A stretch of 64,000 bases of DNA from Microgenomates group bacterium GW2011_GWC1_46_15 (GCA_001002285.1 LCLX01000001.1:128030-192029), one strand, 5' to 3'. Shown: positions 17,528-28,928, counted from the stretch's first letter. A program made the numbers and translations. The notes: a model not told the origin generated them from the letters alone.

Positions 17528-19141
17528 ATGAAAAAATACTTTAAATACCTTTACTCAACATTGATTGGTGTTTTTGCCATAGCAATTCTTATTTTTGGCC
17601 AGTTTATTGCAAAAGCAACTCCAGGAATGGAAGCAGGATTGGGTGGCGATAAATCACAGTTGGCTCCAGGTGAGCAGTTTCAATACATTGTAACTGTGCA
17701 AAATACAGGGGACACCGATCTTCACAATATTATGGTTGCCCAAAATCTTTCTAATCAGGTCAATTATATTTCCGGAACAACGACTGCAGAGAAAGGTGGA
17801 ACAACGGTGAACGTCACAGATGCATGGATTGCCGATGGAGTTACGTTGGGCACACTTGCACCAGCACAAACAGCATTTCTCCGTTTTTCAGTAAATGTAA
17901 GCAATAGTGCGGTTGTGGGATCTCAGGTAGAAAGCGTTGTTCAAGTCAAGAGTGATGAGTTCCCCAACTGGATGCAGAGAGCATATACCTTCACCGTTGT
18001 TTCTGGAAATCAGCGCACAACGCTTCGTGGTGGAAACTTCCTCACTGTGATGAATAACACAACGCAGGGGCCAATCGGCGACTCAGTCAATGTTGTTCCG
18101 TACAACGTTGTTGAGTTTTTCGTCCGTATCGTCAACGAAGGGCAAAATACTGCGCGGAACGTCCATATCCAGATGCAGTTTTCTGGTCAGTACGCGACAG
18201 TCATGAACCCACAACTCACACTTACATCAAACAACGCGGACACCATTTTTGACTCTGTTTCTGTGGTTTCCACGGCTCCTTCTGTTCTCATCTACAAACT
18301 TGGATATGCAATGATCGCGGGTAATACAGGACTCTACAACTGTCCAAACATGTGTCCAATTCCTGAGACATTTTATGGTTCACCGTTGAACATCGGTGAC
18401 ATCCAACCAGGGGAAGCGGCAACAATCCAGTTGAAGTTCAAGGCTGATGTGATTCCACAGTCAACGGCTACCCCTACTCCAACACCTACACCCACACCTA
18501 CCCTGACACCCACGCCTACCCCGACACCGACACCAACACCAGGGCCAACCTGTAACTCGACATGCAATACCAACAGTGACTGTCCTTCAACACTCTTCTG
18601 TTACAAGCAGAACGGCTCCAACTCCGGCCTCTGCCGCAGGGAGTCAAACCCATCGAGTATCACGTGTGAGGACACCAACGAAGGCGGATTTATCGTCATC
18701 AAGTACCAAGATGACAGTGGCAACGGTTCACGCGAGTCAGAAGAAAAAGGTTTGAATTGGGAGTTCGAGTGGGATTTGTGCCGAGATAACAACAACTGCG
18801 ACAACGCCTGGCAGTTCCAGAACAGTTACCTCACGTATGCTGACCGTAATGGAGAGGGTGGTCGTGTTGGTGGACTACGCGATGGCGACAAAGTGCGTGT
18901 CCGTGAAAAGTCAAAGGGTGGATGGAGCTCAACAACTCCAACAGAGGTTATCCTGACGATCCGCCGTGGTGAAACCGCGACCGCTCGATTTGGAAACAGG
19001 CCAACCAAACCAACCGTTACCACAAACCAACCGCCAAAAGAGCTTCCAAAGACGGGTGTAGATCTGGTAGCACAGCTCATTGGAACGTTCGGAATCGGTG
19101 CGGCAGGTGTCTACTTGCGCAGAAAATATAGAACCTCATAA
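17528..19141 (+). CDS. Cell-surface protein with DUF11 repeat domain, PT linker, Cys-rich module and C-terminal LPxTG sorting signal
   Basis: Signal/TM LIGVFAIAILIFG. DUF11-like QFQYIVTVQNTGDTDLHNIMVAQNLS. (TP)n linker. 8-Cys segment CNSTCNTNSDCPSTLFCYKQNGSNSGLCRRE...ITCED. C-terminus LPKTG + hydrophobic stretch + RRKYRTS. Confidence 0.7.
   Translation: MKKYFKYLYSTLIGVFAIAILIFGQFIAKATPGMEAGLGGDKSQLAPGEQFQYIVTVQNTGDTDLHNIMVAQNLSNQVNYISGTTTAEKGGTTVNVTDAWIADGVTLGTLAPAQTAFLRFSVNVSNSAVVGSQVESVVQVKSDEFPNWMQRAYTFTVVSGNQRTTLRGGNFLTVMNNTTQGPIGDSVNVVPYNVVEFFVRIVNEGQNTARNVHIQMQFSGQYATVMNPQLTLTSNNADTIFDSVSVVSTAPSVLIYKLGYAMIAGNTGLYNCPNMCPIPETFYGSPLNIGDIQPGEAATIQLKFKADVIPQSTATPTPTPTPTPTLTPTPTPTPTPTPGPTCNSTCNTNSDCPSTLFCYKQNGSNSGLCRRESNPSSITCEDTNEGGFIVIKYQDDSGNGSRESEEKGLNWEFEWDLCRDNNNCDNAWQFQNSYLTYADRNGEGGRVGGLRDGDKVRVREKSKGGWSSTTPTEVILTIRRGETATARFGNRPTKPTVTTNQPPKELPKTGVDLVAQLIGTFGIGAAGVYLRRKYRTS
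18470..18545 (+). repeat. Low-complexity (ACN CCN)n repeat encoding a TPTPTP linker
   Basis: Directly visible as ...cctactccaacacctacacccacacctaccctgacacccacgcctaccccgacaccgacaccaacaccag... Confidence 0.7.
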
Positions 19142-19143
19142 CC

Positions 19144-20352
19144 ATGGCCACAAAACGCGTGTACGTCTACTCGAGTTCGGAAGCGATCCGGACGGAGCGC
19201 CAGCGTCCGTTGATTTTTGCCGGCTTTAACTTGTTTTTCTCGATATGTGGCCATATTGTTCAAGACATTGCCCAGAGCTTCTCACCCGCTGTACTGCGCC
19301 AGACGGCACTCGAACTTGCCACACTCGGGAAACCCCCAGGTCAGCCAGGAATTGGTGAAAAAACAGCCACTCAACAGGCTAAAACACACAGTGTTCAGCA
19401 AGTTCAAACTCAACCCCACCAAATCAAGTTCTCCGGTGTTGTATATCTTTCGCCCACCGCACAAGAACTTGACCACGCCGAACCGTGGAAACTCATCTCA
19501 GCGCGCAGACAAAAACATCAAACGTTCAAGCACACCTCAAGTACTTCCGCATTAACACCTCTAGAAAATCTCTTTATCACCCTTTGGGTGCAGAAAAAGA
19601 AGGTCGAGCTTGTGTCCAAAAAGACCTGGTATGGTATTCAAACAACAACGGCTCCATATCTTGAAACCACGAAAGAGCTTTTTGAACCCCTGCAGGTCGT
19701 TTTTGCACGCATTCCACCTCGTTTGGCATACAGCGTTGGATCAGTGATGGTCGGTATCGCCCTTTTTAGTACAATCTTTTTTGGTGCGCCATTTTTCGCG
19801 CTGGAACTGCGTTCACTGGTGTTCCGCGTAACTTCTCCTCTTATCCCAACCGCCGATCCAAATGCCAAACCTACGGTGTTTTCCGACGTTTCCACGCCTG
19901 AGCAGAACAAACAGTTCAGTATCCGCATTCCCATGATTGGTATTGATGCACAAGTGACTTCAAATGTGGACATGAATAATCCCAAAGAGTATGAGGAAGC
20001 GCTCAAGCACGGTGTCGCGCACGCCAAGGGAACGGGGTTGCCCGGCGATGACGGCGGTATCAATAAAACGATCGTGATTTTCTCGCACTCAACGAACGGA
20101 AGCTGGAATATCACCAAATATAACGCACTGTTTTACTCACTCAAGGATCTCAAAGAAGAAGATCAAATCCAGGTGTGGTTTTGGGGGAAAGAGTATTGGT
20201 ACAAAGTAAAAGAGAAAAAGGTGATTGAACCAAACGATGTTTCGTTCCTCAAGCCGCAAATGGACACAGAAAAGTTGATTTTGCAGACCTGTTGGCCGCC
20301 GGGAACGATCTCAAAGCGGTTGCTTATCGTTGCGGAGAGAGTGCAAAACTAA
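19144..20352 (+). CDS. Sortase (transpeptidase), N-terminal region of uncertain extent
   Basis: C-terminal catalytic domain with His (IVIFSHSTNG) and the TLxTC active site (LILQTCWPPG), with an upstream TM MVGIALFSTIFFGAPFFAL. Immediately follows the LPKTG substrate. The first ~190 aa may or may not be translated. Confidence 0.7.
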   Translation: MATKRVYVYSSSEAIRTERQRPLIFAGFNLFFSICGHIVQDIAQSFSPAVLRQTALELATLGKPPGQPGIGEKTATQQAKTHSVQQVQTQPHQIKFSGVVYLSPTAQELDHAEPWKLISARRQKHQTFKHTSSTSALTPLENLFITLWVQKKKVELVSKKTWYGIQTTTAPYLETTKELFEPLQVVFARIPPRLAYSVGSVMVGIALFSTIFFGAPFFALELRSLVFRVTSPLIPTADPNAKPTVFSDVSTPEQNKQFSIRIPMIGIDAQVTSNVDMNNPKEYEEALKHGVAHAKGTGLPGDDGGINKTIVIFSHSTNGSWNITKYNALFYSLKDLKEEDQIQVWFWGKEYWYKVKEKKVIEPNDVSFLKPQMDTEKLILQTCWPPGTISKRLLIVAERVQN

Positions 20353-20375
20353 AAACGGTATTGATATTTTGTATA

Positions 20376-20397
20376 ATTATTGTATGATTATTGTATG
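20376..20397 (+). repeat. Perfect tandem direct repeat (ATTATTGTATG)x2 overlapping an extended -10 (TGTATAAT) and the RHH gene start
   Basis: Read directly: gtataATTATTGTATGATTATTGTATGcaa. Candidate operator for the downstream ribbon-helix-helix protein. Confidence 0.6.
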
Positions 20398-20628
20398 CAA
20401 ACAATCAATATTTCTCTTCCGGCTAAACTTCAGGACCAAGCAAACTCTCTTGTGCAAGAGGGGCATTTTGCTTCGTTCAGTGACTTGGTGCGAACTGCAA
20501 TACGGGATCTTCTTGGGAAATCTCAATATGATCTTTGGGCGGATGAAGCAAAACAGGAACTCAAGAAAGGAGTAGTGCGTTCTTATAAAACAAAAAGAAC
20601 AATCTCCAAGTACCTATCGCAGATATAG
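20395..20628 (+). CDS. Ribbon-helix-helix (CopG/Arc/ParD-like) DNA-binding protein
   Basis: MQTINISLPAKLQDQANSLVQEGHFASFSDLVRTAIRDLL fits an RHH beta-strand plus two helices. The ORF track's alternative start is 20380. Confidence 0.55.
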   Translation: MQTINISLPAKLQDQANSLVQEGHFASFSDLVRTAIRDLLGKSQYDLWADEAKQELKKGVVRSYKTKRTISKYLSQI

Positions 20629-20676
20629 TCCCGTATGGGATTCGTGTTACACTAAACTTTAGTAAAAAGAAAATAT

Positions 20677-21054
20677 ATGTCAGCATTACATCCATCAGAA
20701 CCACAACCATTGAGTGAAGACAAAAAACTCTCTTTTCTTGGCCGAATTAAGGCAATAGACTTACTTATTAGTGATAGCGTCACTCCGTTTGATATTCGAA
20801 CGGAGGGTGTTGGAGACCCATCATTATGGAACAAATATAAAGAACAACTTCATACAGGGCCTGATTATCAACAAGTCTTTGCGCAAGGAGAAAGAAGTGG
20901 ATTTTTAATCAAAATATATCAAACAAACATTCCATCGGTATATTGTGTAGAACGTAGTTCTGGAGGAGGAACAACATCCCGAGATATTATTAAACTTGGC
21001 AATAGTCGTGAAGAAATTTTTCAAAGAACAAAATCGATATTTGATGCTATATAA
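20677..21054 (+). CDS. Hypothetical protein (125 aa) downstream of the RHH gene
   Basis: ORF with no recognisable motifs and no clear SD. Could pair with the RHH protein. Confidence 0.4.
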   Translation: MSALHPSEPQPLSEDKKLSFLGRIKAIDLLISDSVTPFDIRTEGVGDPSLWNKYKEQLHTGPDYQQVFAQGERSGFLIKIYQTNIPSVYCVERSSGGGTTSRDIIKLGNSREEIFQRTKSIFDAI

Positions 21055-21075
21055 CTTCATTTCTTAAATTCCCTC

Positions 21076-21104
21076 TTGACCCCCACAATATTTCTTGATA
21101 TTAT
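21076..21104 (+). promoter_or_regulatory. Sigma70-like promoter TTGACC-17-TATTAT for rpoBC
   Basis: Hexamers and a 17-nt spacer counted from the sequence, about 265 nt upstream of the rpoB ATG. Confidence 0.5.
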
Positions 21105-21139
21105 CCAGATCACGTTCGAAAGAATAAATAAGCGTAATG

Positions 21140-21178
21140 AAGCGTGTGTTGTGCACGCTTCGTTTTCTTGTTTATTTT
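21140..21178 (+). terminator. Attenuator-like hairpin plus U-tract in the rpoB 5' leader
   Basis: aagcgtg-tgttgtg-cacgctt (7-bp stem) followed by cgttttcttgtttatttt. It lies ~35 nt after the predicted -10 and ~190 nt before the rpoB ATG. Confidence 0.4.
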
Positions 21179-21368
21179 AATAGTTTGTCGGGGAATATTG
21201 ACCACTCAACTTTGTACATAACCCAAGTTCGAATCCACACGGGGCATGCGTCTGCCCATTTTGTGTTGGAAGGGAATATACGGGTGTATCACACGAAGTT
21301 TAGCAAGACCCCCACCTGCTTACTAACGTACCGTTCGAATACAACACAGCGTACTGAAAGGGTCGTGC

Positions 21369-24300
21369 ATGTCGAAGCAAACTCGTCTTTACTGGGGCAA
21401 GCAGAACACAGTTCTTCCGGAACTGGATCTCACAAAAGTTCAACGCGATTCATACGAATGGTTCTTGACCGACGGTATCCGCGATATTTTGGAAGAAGTC
21501 AGTCCAATTAAAGATTTCACAGGAAAAAACTGGGAACTTTCTTTTAGTAAACACACGTTTGGCAAACCAAAACACCTTCCAAGAGAAGCCCGCGAGAAAT
21601 CACTTTCATACGACATGCCGCTCCGCGTTGTCGCGACACTTTTCAATAAACAAACAAACGAAACAACAAAACAAGAAGTGTTCCTCGGCGATATTCCAAA
21701 AATGACGCCAAACGGCACATTCATTATTAATGGTGTTGAGCGCGCTGTTGTGAACCAACTTGTCCGTTCCCCTGGGATTTTCTTTTCCGGCGAAGTTGAT
21801 CCATCATCCGGCCGTACGTTGTACAAATCGGAACTCCGCCCTATGCGTGGATCGTGGATCGAGATGAACATCGGCCGCAACGATGTGATGACAATCAAAA
21901 TTGACCGCCACCGCAAAATCCCTGTCACGGTATTGCTCCGCGCCGCGGGTGTTGGTGATGACGATGCATTGATCGCTCTTTTTTCTGATGTTGATAAAAA
22001 CCCAGACCACGCATTTCTCCGCGCGACGCTCGAAAAAGACACAACAAAAACACAGTCCGAAGCATTGATTGAACTCTATCAAAAGATGCGCCCCGGCGAA
22101 CCGTCCGTGTTAAAGAACGCGCAGGATTTATTCCACGAAATGTTTTTTGATCCCCGCCGGTACGATTTGGGACGTGTTGGGCGGTATAAATTGAACCGCA
22201 GATTAAATGTCGCAATTCCAAATGACAAAGACCACCGCGTGCTCACAAAAGAAGATATTATCGCTGCGGTCAAGTACTTGATTGCCTTGCAAAACGGCAA
22301 AGGAAAGACCGATGATATTGATCACCTTTCAAACCGCCGTGTCCGCTCGGTCGGTGAGTTGGTTTCTACCAACGCCTTCCGTATTGGAATGCTGAGATTG
22401 GAACGGTCCATCCGCGAAAAAATGTCGCTCACAAAAACAGACGAAACATTGACGCCATCTTCATTAGTAAACGCTCGTCCATTGATCGCAACGATTTCCG
22501 AGTTTTTCCGTCGCAACCGCTTGTCCACGATTTTGGATCAGACAAATCCGCTTTCCGAAGTAGACAATCTCCGCCGTTTGTCCGTGATGGGTTCCGGTGG
22601 CGTAACGCGCGAACGTGCAAGTTTCTCTATGCGCGACATTAACGCATCGCAATACTCCAGAATTGACCCCGTCCGGTCGCCGGAGGGTCCGAACATTGGT
22701 TTAGTCACCTACCTTGCGTTGTACGCACGTATTAACGACTATGGATTTTTGGAAGCGCCATACCGCAAAATTGAAAAAATTGAGCGCAACGGCAAAGTAA
22801 AAATGAGAGTGACCGACGAGATTGTGTATATTTCTGCCGATGATGAAGAAGATAACTATGTAACACACGCCGGTGTTGAAATGGATAAAGATGGATACAT
22901 CACACAGGAATGGATTCCGCTCCGCTACCGCAACGAGTTTATGGAAGGTCCGGTTGAGCAGGTTCAGTATATTGATGTGATCCCGCGCCAGGTTGTTGGA
23001 ACTTCAGCATCACTTATTCCGTTTATCTCGCACGACGAAGCAAACCGCGCGCTGATGGGCACGCACATGCAGTGTCAGGCCGTTCCACTTTTGAAACCGG
23101 CATCTCCAATTATTGGAACTGGCATGGAGTCGGAAGTGATCCGCGCGATGGGCCACGTGATTCTTGCCCGGCACGCTGGTGTCGTTGAGTATGCAGACGC
23201 AAACAAAGTTGTGGTCAAACTCGAAGAAAAAGATATTGAAGACGCAAAAAAAGCAAAGGACTTGGAAGACCTTGAGTACGTCCGCGTGGAAGGAAAGCGC
23301 GAAATCTACGAAGTCCGCAAGTTTGTGCGCAGTGCCCAAAGCACCTGTTACACACAGAAGCCCGCGGTAACAGCCGGCGACAAAGTGAAAAAAGGAACAT
23401 TGCTCGTTGATGGTCCCTCATCCGATGGCGGCGAACTTGCGTTGGGCCAAAACCTCGTGATCGCGTACGCGTCATTTGATGGTTTGGGATATGAAGACGC
23501 GATTGTTGTGTCCGACAAGTTAATCCGCGACGATTTGTTGACCTCTATCCATATTAATGAGTACGAAGCGTTAGTCATGGACACCAAACTTGGTGCGGAA
23601 GAAATCACATCAGACATTCCAAACGTTGGTGAAGCAGAACTACGCAACTTGACCGAAGAAGGCATTATCGCAATCGGTTCCGAAGTTGTTCAAAACGATA
23701 TTTTGGTTGGGAAAATTGCTCCAAAAGGAGACACAGAGTTAACACCGGAAGAGCGTTTGCTCCGCGCGATCTTTGGTGAAAAAGCACGCGACGTCCGCGA
23801 TACATCTTTGCGTATGCCGCACGGTGAGTCCGGAACAGTCATTGATGTTAAAGTGCTTGACCGCGACAAAGGCGACGAGCTTGACCCCGGCGTGAACAAA
23901 AAAGTCGTGGTCCGCGTCGCCCAGCTCCGCAAAGTAACGGTGGGTGACAAAGTCGCAGGCCGCCACGGAAACAAGGGTGTTATTTCAAAGATCGTTCCCG
24001 TTGAAGACATGCCGCACCTCGCAGACGGGACAGCGGTCGACATTATAATTTCGCCGCTCTCTGTTTTGGCCCGTATGAACCTTGGTCAATTGTTAGAAGC
24101 ACACCTTGGATGGGCTGCAGAAAAACTTGGCTACAAAGTTGCAATCCCAGTATTTGAAGAGATTAAAGAAAACGTGATTTGGGACGAGCTCAAGCGCACG
24201 GGTCTTCCGGTTTCCGGAAAGACACGGTTGTACGATGGCCGCACGGGCGAACAGTATCTTGAAGACACCGTGGTTGGTATTGGATACATCTTGAAGTTGA

Positions 24301-24830
24301 CACACATGGTTGAAGACAAGACGCACGCACGTTCAACAGGTCCATACTCACTTGTTACACAACAGCCGTTGGGTGGAAAAGCGCAGATGGGTGGACAGCG
24401 TTTGGGAGAAATGGAAGTCTGGGCACTGGAAGCACACCGCGCCGCGCACACTCTGCAGGAAATGTTGACGATCAAATCAGACGACGTTGTTGGCCGCGCG
24501 AAAGCATTCGAAGCAATTGTTAAAGGGACAGAGATTCCAGCATCCACGGTTCCTGAGTCATTCAAAGTCTTAATGCGCGAACTCAACTCACTTGGCCTTG
24601 ACGTCATTATGAAGGAAGCGGTTGTGAAGGATATTAAAGATGAAGAGGAAGATGGAACAAAAGAAAAAGTTCAGGAAGCATTGGCCAACGATGTACAAGC
24701 AGCCGCGCAAGGATTAACAGTGACTGATGATACTGCGACCGCTGTTGCTGCGGCACCAACCGATAACACAAAAGAAGACGAACCATCAGACGAAGATTTG
24801 GCCGTTGTTGAACAAGGGGGACAAGAATAA
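21369..24830 (+). CDS. rpoB: DNA-directed RNA polymerase subunit beta
   Basis: 1153 aa with conserved RpoB blocks throughout (e.g. [19 protein letters not shown], rifampicin-cluster region, NLGQLLE). The stop overlaps the rpoC start (TAATG). Confidence 0.97.
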   Translation: MSKQTRLYWGKQNTVLPELDLTKVQRDSYEWFLTDGIRDILEEVSPIKDFTGKNWELSFSKHTFGKPKHLPREAREKSLSYDMPLRVVATLFNKQTNETTKQEVFLGDIPKMTPNGTFIINGVERAVVNQLVRSPGIFFSGEVDPSSGRTLYKSELRPMRGSWIEMNIGRNDVMTIKIDRHRKIPVTVLLRAAGVGDDDALIALFSDVDKNPDHAFLRATLEKDTTKTQSEALIELYQKMRPGEPSVLKNAQDLFHEMFFDPRRYDLGRVGRYKLNRRLNVAIPNDKDHRVLTKEDIIAAVKYLIALQNGKGKTDDIDHLSNRRVRSVGELVSTNAFRIGMLRLERSIREKMSLTKTDETLTPSSLVNARPLIATISEFFRRNRLSTILDQTNPLSEVDNLRRLSVMGSGGVTRERASFSMRDINASQYSRIDPVRSPEGPNIGLVTYLALYARINDYGFLEAPYRKIEKIERNGKVKMRVTDEIVYISADDEEDNYVTHAGVEMDKDGYITQEWIPLRYRNEFMEGPVEQVQYIDVIPRQVVGTSASLIPFISHDEANRALMGTHMQCQAVPLLKPASPIIGTGMESEVIRAMGHVILARHAGVVEYADANKVVVKLEEKDIEDAKKAKDLEDLEYVRVEGKREIYEVRKFVRSAQSTCYTQKPAVTAGDKVKKGTLLVDGPSSDGGELALGQNLVIAYASFDGLGYEDAIVVSDKLIRDDLLTSIHINEYEALVMDTKLGAEEITSDIPNVGEAELRNLTEEGIIAIGSEVVQNDILVGKIAPKGDTELTPEERLLRAIFGEKARDVRDTSLRMPHGESGTVIDVKVLDRDKGDELDPGVNKKVVVRVAQLRKVTVGDKVAGRHGNKGVISKIVPVEDMPHLADGTAVDIIISPLSVLARMNLGQLLEAHLGWAAEKLGYKVAIPVFEEIKENVIWDELKRTGLPVSGKTRLYDGRTGEQYLEDTVVGIGYILKLTHMVEDKTHARSTGPYSLVTQQPLGGKAQMGGQRLGEMEVWALEAHRAAHTLQEMLTIKSDDVVGRAKAFEAIVKGTEIPASTVPESFKVLMRELNSLGLDVIMKEAVVKDIKDEEEDGTKEKVQEALANDVQAAAQGLTVTDDTATAVAAAPTDNTKEDEPSDEDLAVVEQGGQE

Positions 24831-27800
24831 TGAAAACAGTTGTTGATTTTTCTTCATTAAAAATTCAGCTCGCATCGCCGGACATCATTAAAGGATGGTC
24901 ATACGGTGAAGTGCAGAAGCCGGAAACAATCAACTACCGCACGTTAAAGCCAGAAAAAGGTGGATTGTTCGCGGAAGAAATTTTTGGTCCCACAAAAGAC
25001 TGGGAGTGTTACTGTGGAAAGTACAAACGCATTCGCTACCGGGGCATTATCTGTGACAAGTGTGGCGTCGAAGTTACGCAGGCACGTGTCCGCCGTGAGC
25101 GCATGGGCCACATTACATTAGCAACGTCGGTCGCGCACATTTGGTACTTCAAAGGTGCGCCGTCCCGCATGTCGCTTTTGCTTGATATTTCACCGCGTAA
25201 TCTCAGCTCAATTGTGTACTTCAACCAATACATCGTGCTTGATGTGAATAAAGACAAGCAAACCGCGATGATTGATCAGCTCGACAAAGATAGCGCAACA
25301 GCGGTCGAAGAACTCAAAGAAAAAGCAAAGTTAAACGTAGAGAAGATGAAAGAAGAGCTCGATGTCACGCTCCGCGATCTCAAAGAAAAAGTCCAAGGAA
25401 AAGAACAGCAAGAGATTAAAAGAGAGGCGCTCGCGCTCAAAGCAAAACAGAACATGGCGCATGTGAAAGAAGAGCTGGACTCCGAGTCTGCAAGCACACA
25501 AGAGATTTACAAAACAGTCAAAGAAATGGCAAAGCGTCTGAAGAAGTTCTCAATTTTGAGTGAAGACGAGTATCTGAAACTTGCTGAGTACAACGCCGTT
25601 GACCATATTCGCGTGGGTATGGGCGCAGAAGCGTTGTTGGAAGTGATCCGCACGCTCGATCTCGCAAAAATGGCCGAAGAGTTGCGTGAGGAAATTCAAA
25701 CAGCCGTGGGACAGCGCCGCATTAAAGCAACCCGCAGGCTCCGTGTTGTTGAAGGTTTCCGCAAAGCAAGCATTAAACCAGAATGGATGTTGTTCCAAGT
25801 TCTGCCGGTGATCCCGCCAGACCTTCGTCCAATGGTCCAACTTTCCGGTGGCCGGTTTGCGACATCAGACTTGAACGACTTATACCGTCGTGTTATCAAC
25901 CGTAATAACCGTTTGAAACATTTGATTGATCTTGGCGCGCCAGAAATTATTTTGCGTAACGAGAAACGTATGTTGCAGGAAGCCGTTGACGCGCTTATTG
26001 ATAGCTCGAACGTGCGCGCGACACAGCGCCGCGTTGCAAAGCGCCCACTCCGCTCGCTTTCAGAAATGCTCCGTGGAAAGCAAGGCCGTTTCCGCCAGAA
26101 CCTTCTTGGAAAACGTGTTGACTACTCCGGACGTTCGGTGATCGTGGTTGGTCCAGAACTCGACCTTAATCAATGTGGTTTGCCAAAAGAAATGGCGTTG
26201 GAAATGTTCAAGCCATTCGTGTTGCGCGAACTCATCAAACAGGGGATTGCGCCAAACGTGAAGAGCGCGAAACACGCGTTGGAACGCCGCTCACCGGAAG
26301 TGCTCGATATTCTTGAAGAAATTATCAAAGACCACCCGGTTCTGTTGAACCGTGCGCCGACTCTGCACAAACTTGGTATTCAAGCGTTCTATCCTCAGCT
26401 TATTGAAGGAAACGCGATCCGTCTGCACCCATGTGTGTGTGCGGGGTACAACGCGGACTTTGACGGTGACCAAATGGCTGTGCACGTTCCGCTCACTGAA
26501 GAAGCAAAACAAGAAGCACGCGATTTGATGATGCCATCGCACAACTTGTTGAAGCCAGCCGATGGTTCTCCAATTACGATCCCGAACAAGGATATGGCGA
26601 TGGGTGCGTACTACATGACAACGATTGACGAAGCGTTGCCAAAGGTATCAACGATTTTCACAGATGCCGATGAAGCTGAACACGCGTATCTCGAACGCAA
26701 GATCGCGTTGCGCCAGGAAATCAAAGTCCGTATGCCGATGGGCAGTGACAAAAAATTGCAGATCATCACGACCACAATTGGCCGCATCCGCTTCAACGCA
26801 ATTCTTCCTGAGTCATTACAGTTCATTAATGCCGCGATCAACTCCGGCGCGATTAAAAACTTGATCCGCAAAGCAATCAACACAGAATCACGCGACGATG
26901 TCCGCGCGCTCATTGATAACATTAAGAATCTTGGATTCAAGGTTGCAACAATGTCAGGTCTTTCGGTTGCCGTTACGGACTGTGTGATGGTTGATGACAA
27001 AGACGTGATGATTGATGTCGCAGACAAGCGCGTTGAAGAAATTCAGCAAAACTTCCTGCAAGGATTGATTACGCAAGATGAACGCCGCCGTCTCACGTTC
27101 GAGGTGTGGATGGAAACAACCGACACGATCGCAGAAAAAACATGGAATAACTTTGGCGAGAAGAACGCGGTGAAAGTTATGATTAACTCCGGTGGAACGC
27201 GCGCGTCCAAAGATCAGGTGAAACAGCTTGCCGCTATGCGCGGACTTGTTGTTGACCCGCTTGGAAAAATCGTGGAACTGCCAACAAAATCAAACTTCCG
27301 CGAAGGTCTTTCTATCTTTGAGTACGTTACATCATCCCGTGGATCACGTAAAGGATTGACCGACTCAGCGCTCAAAACAGCAGACGCAGGATATCTCACG
27401 CGCCGTTTAGTTGACGTTGCGCACGACATGATTATCCGTATGGAAGACTGTAAAACAGCAGAGGGTATCGAGCTTATTAAAGCCGGACCGCGCGAAAAAA
27501 TGTTTGGCGGAAGAGTCGTTGGCCGTGTCGCGCTCAAAGACATTCAGCATCCTGGTAAAAAATCCGTGATGGTACAAGCGGGCGACATTATTACAGAAGA
27601 ACTCGCGGAAGAGATTGATCACATTGGCATCGCATCGGTGTGGGTCCGTTCTCCGCTCACGTGTGAAGCCCGAATCGGTATGTGTGCAAAATGTTATGGA
27701 TGGGACTTCTCATCCAAGGCGCTTGTGGAACTCGGTACGCCAGTTGGTATTATCGCCGCGCAGTCCATTGGTGAACCAGGGACACAGCTTACGATGCGTG

Positions 27801-28537
27801 TGAAACACTCCGGAGGTATCGTTGGACTCGACGTGACGCAAGGTCTGCCACGCGTTGAAGAATTGTTCGAGGCGCGTATTCCAAAAGCACTTTCGCCTAT
27901 TGCCGAAATCAACGGTAAAGCAACAGTTGAAGAAACAGCCGATGGATACAAAATCACAATTAAGACAACGACAAAACCGGAAGAAGTCCGTGAGTATGTT
28001 GTTCCCAAAACACAGGCGCTCGCAATCGCCGATGGCGACTTGGTGCACGCGGGAACACAATTAGCCGGCGGCGCACTCGACATTAAGGAAGTGCTCGAAA
28101 TCCGCGGCATGCGCGAAGCGCAGATTTACTTGCTGGAAGAGATTCAAAAGGTATACACCTCGCAGGGTATTCCGATCAACGATACACACTTTGAAGTCAT
28201 TATCCGCAAGATGAGTGACAAGCTGCGCATCGACACAAGTGGCGACACAGTGTTTTTGCCAGGAGAAATTGTGCCAAAGACGAAGTTTATTGATGAGAAC
28301 AGCAAAACAATGGCGGAAGGTGGCGAACCGGCAACGGCGCAAGTCATGATTCTCGGTATTACCCGCTCGTCATTGTTCATTGATTCCTGGCTCTCGGCCG
28401 CATCGTTCATGGAAACCACACGTGTGCTTGGTGAGGCTGCAGCAGAGGGAAGAGAAGATCAGCTACTCGGCATGAAAGAGAACGTCATCATCGGCCGATT
28501 GATTCCAACCAGCCCAGACCGCGCGATGGTGGGGTAG
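24830..28537 (+). CDS. rpoC: DNA-directed RNA polymerase subunit beta'
   Basis: 1235 aa. Zn-finger [23 protein letters not shown], catalytic [14 protein letters not shown], and trigger-loop/bridge-helix regions. Confidence 0.97.
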   Translation: MKTVVDFSSLKIQLASPDIIKGWSYGEVQKPETINYRTLKPEKGGLFAEEIFGPTKDWECYCGKYKRIRYRGIICDKCGVEVTQARVRRERMGHITLATSVAHIWYFKGAPSRMSLLLDISPRNLSSIVYFNQYIVLDVNKDKQTAMIDQLDKDSATAVEELKEKAKLNVEKMKEELDVTLRDLKEKVQGKEQQEIKREALALKAKQNMAHVKEELDSESASTQEIYKTVKEMAKRLKKFSILSEDEYLKLAEYNAVDHIRVGMGAEALLEVIRTLDLAKMAEELREEIQTAVGQRRIKATRRLRVVEGFRKASIKPEWMLFQVLPVIPPDLRPMVQLSGGRFATSDLNDLYRRVINRNNRLKHLIDLGAPEIILRNEKRMLQEAVDALIDSSNVRATQRRVAKRPLRSLSEMLRGKQGRFRQNLLGKRVDYSGRSVIVVGPELDLNQCGLPKEMALEMFKPFVLRELIKQGIAPNVKSAKHALERRSPEVLDILEEIIKDHPVLLNRAPTLHKLGIQAFYPQLIEGNAIRLHPCVCAGYNADFDGDQMAVHVPLTEEAKQEARDLMMPSHNLLKPADGSPITIPNKDMAMGAYYMTTIDEALPKVSTIFTDADEAEHAYLERKIALRQEIKVRMPMGSDKKLQIITTTIGRIRFNAILPESLQFINAAINSGAIKNLIRKAINTESRDDVRALIDNIKNLGFKVATMSGLSVAVTDCVMVDDKDVMIDVADKRVEEIQQNFLQGLITQDERRRLTFEVWMETTDTIAEKTWNNFGEKNAVKVMINSGGTRASKDQVKQLAAMRGLVVDPLGKIVELPTKSNFREGLSIFEYVTSSRGSRKGLTDSALKTADAGYLTRRLVDVAHDMIIRMEDCKTAEGIELIKAGPREKMFGGRVVGRVALKDIQHPGKKSVMVQAGDIITEELAEEIDHIGIASVWVRSPLTCEARIGMCAKCYGWDFSSKALVELGTPVGIIAAQSIGEPGTQLTMRVKHSGGIVGLDVTQGLPRVEELFEARIPKALSPIAEINGKATVEETADGYKITIKTTTKPEEVREYVVPKTQALAIADGDLVHAGTQLAGGALDIKEVLEIRGMREAQIYLLEEIQKVYTSQGIPINDTHFEVIIRKMSDKLRIDTSGDTVFLPGEIVPKTKFIDENSKTMAEGGEPATAQVMILGITRSSLFIDSWLSAASFMETTRVLGEAAAEGREDQLLGMKENVIIGRLIPTSPDRAMVG

Positions 28538-28573
28538 TATACTTCATCTATATTCCTGTCCAGGAAGGGTGAT

Positions 28574-28894
28574 ATGGGTGTTCCACGGAGTGAGTTGAAA
28601 AATAAGCCTACGAATCACGATGATTTTGAGTCAATGAATAATGCCCTGTTTTTGACACTTACAGCTTTCTTGAAGGACAAGCTCTCCATCAATATAGGGA
28701 AACTCAAAATTACCGCGCATCCAACGCACAGTGCAACAGCGGTTACGTTCGAAATACGAGTAGAGAATAGTGATGATGCCGAGTTGTTTACCACTCTTGG
28801 GAGTTCAAACTCTCCATTGCTGGCAATTGGACGAATGATGGAGATTGAAGAAACACAGCGTGCCATTTTTCTTGAAATGGATATTACCCGATAG
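28574..28894 (+). CDS. Hypothetical protein (106 aa) between rpoC and rpsL
   Basis: ORF with a GGAAGGGTGA SD-like sequence upstream and no recognisable motif. Confidence 0.4.
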   Translation: MGVPRSELKNKPTNHDDFESMNNALFLTLTAFLKDKLSINIGKLKITAHPTHSATAVTFEIRVENSDDAELFTTLGSSNSPLLAIGRMMEIEETQRAIFLEMDITR

Positions 28895-28900
28895 TTCATA

Positions 28901-28928
28901 TTGCAAATCAAGAAAAATCAGATATAAT
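28901..28928 (+). promoter_or_regulatory. Sigma70-like promoter TTGCAA-16-TATAAT upstream of rpsL
   Basis: Hexamers read from the sequence, about 118 nt upstream of the rpsL ATG. Confidence 0.5.

Noticed and set aside
18373-18573. Minus-strand ORF encoding (VG)n repeat
   Set aside because: It is the antisense reading of the (ACN CCN)n TP-linker repeat inside the LPxTG protein gene.
21215-21345. TTCGAATCC / GTTCGAATA motifs suggesting a tRNA or tRNA fragment in the rpoB leader
   Set aside because: The flanking sequence cannot form a T-stem or acceptor stem. Only the loop-like heptamer matches, so this is not a tRNA gene. It is kept as a repeated leader motif in the findings.
21137-21511. 124-aa + strand ORF spanning the rpoB leader and overlapping the rpoB start
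   Set aside because: It overlaps the predicted promoter, attenuator hairpin and the first 140 nt of rpoB in another frame. The region is better explained as a structured 5' UTR.
21440-24607. Multiple antisense ORFs inside rpoB (e.g. 21440-22042, 23010-23339, 23690-24043, 24131-24607, all on the - strand)
   Set aside because: They lie entirely within the strongly conserved rpoB coding sequence on the opposite strand and have low-complexity Ser/Arg/Thr-rich translations typical of antisense frames.
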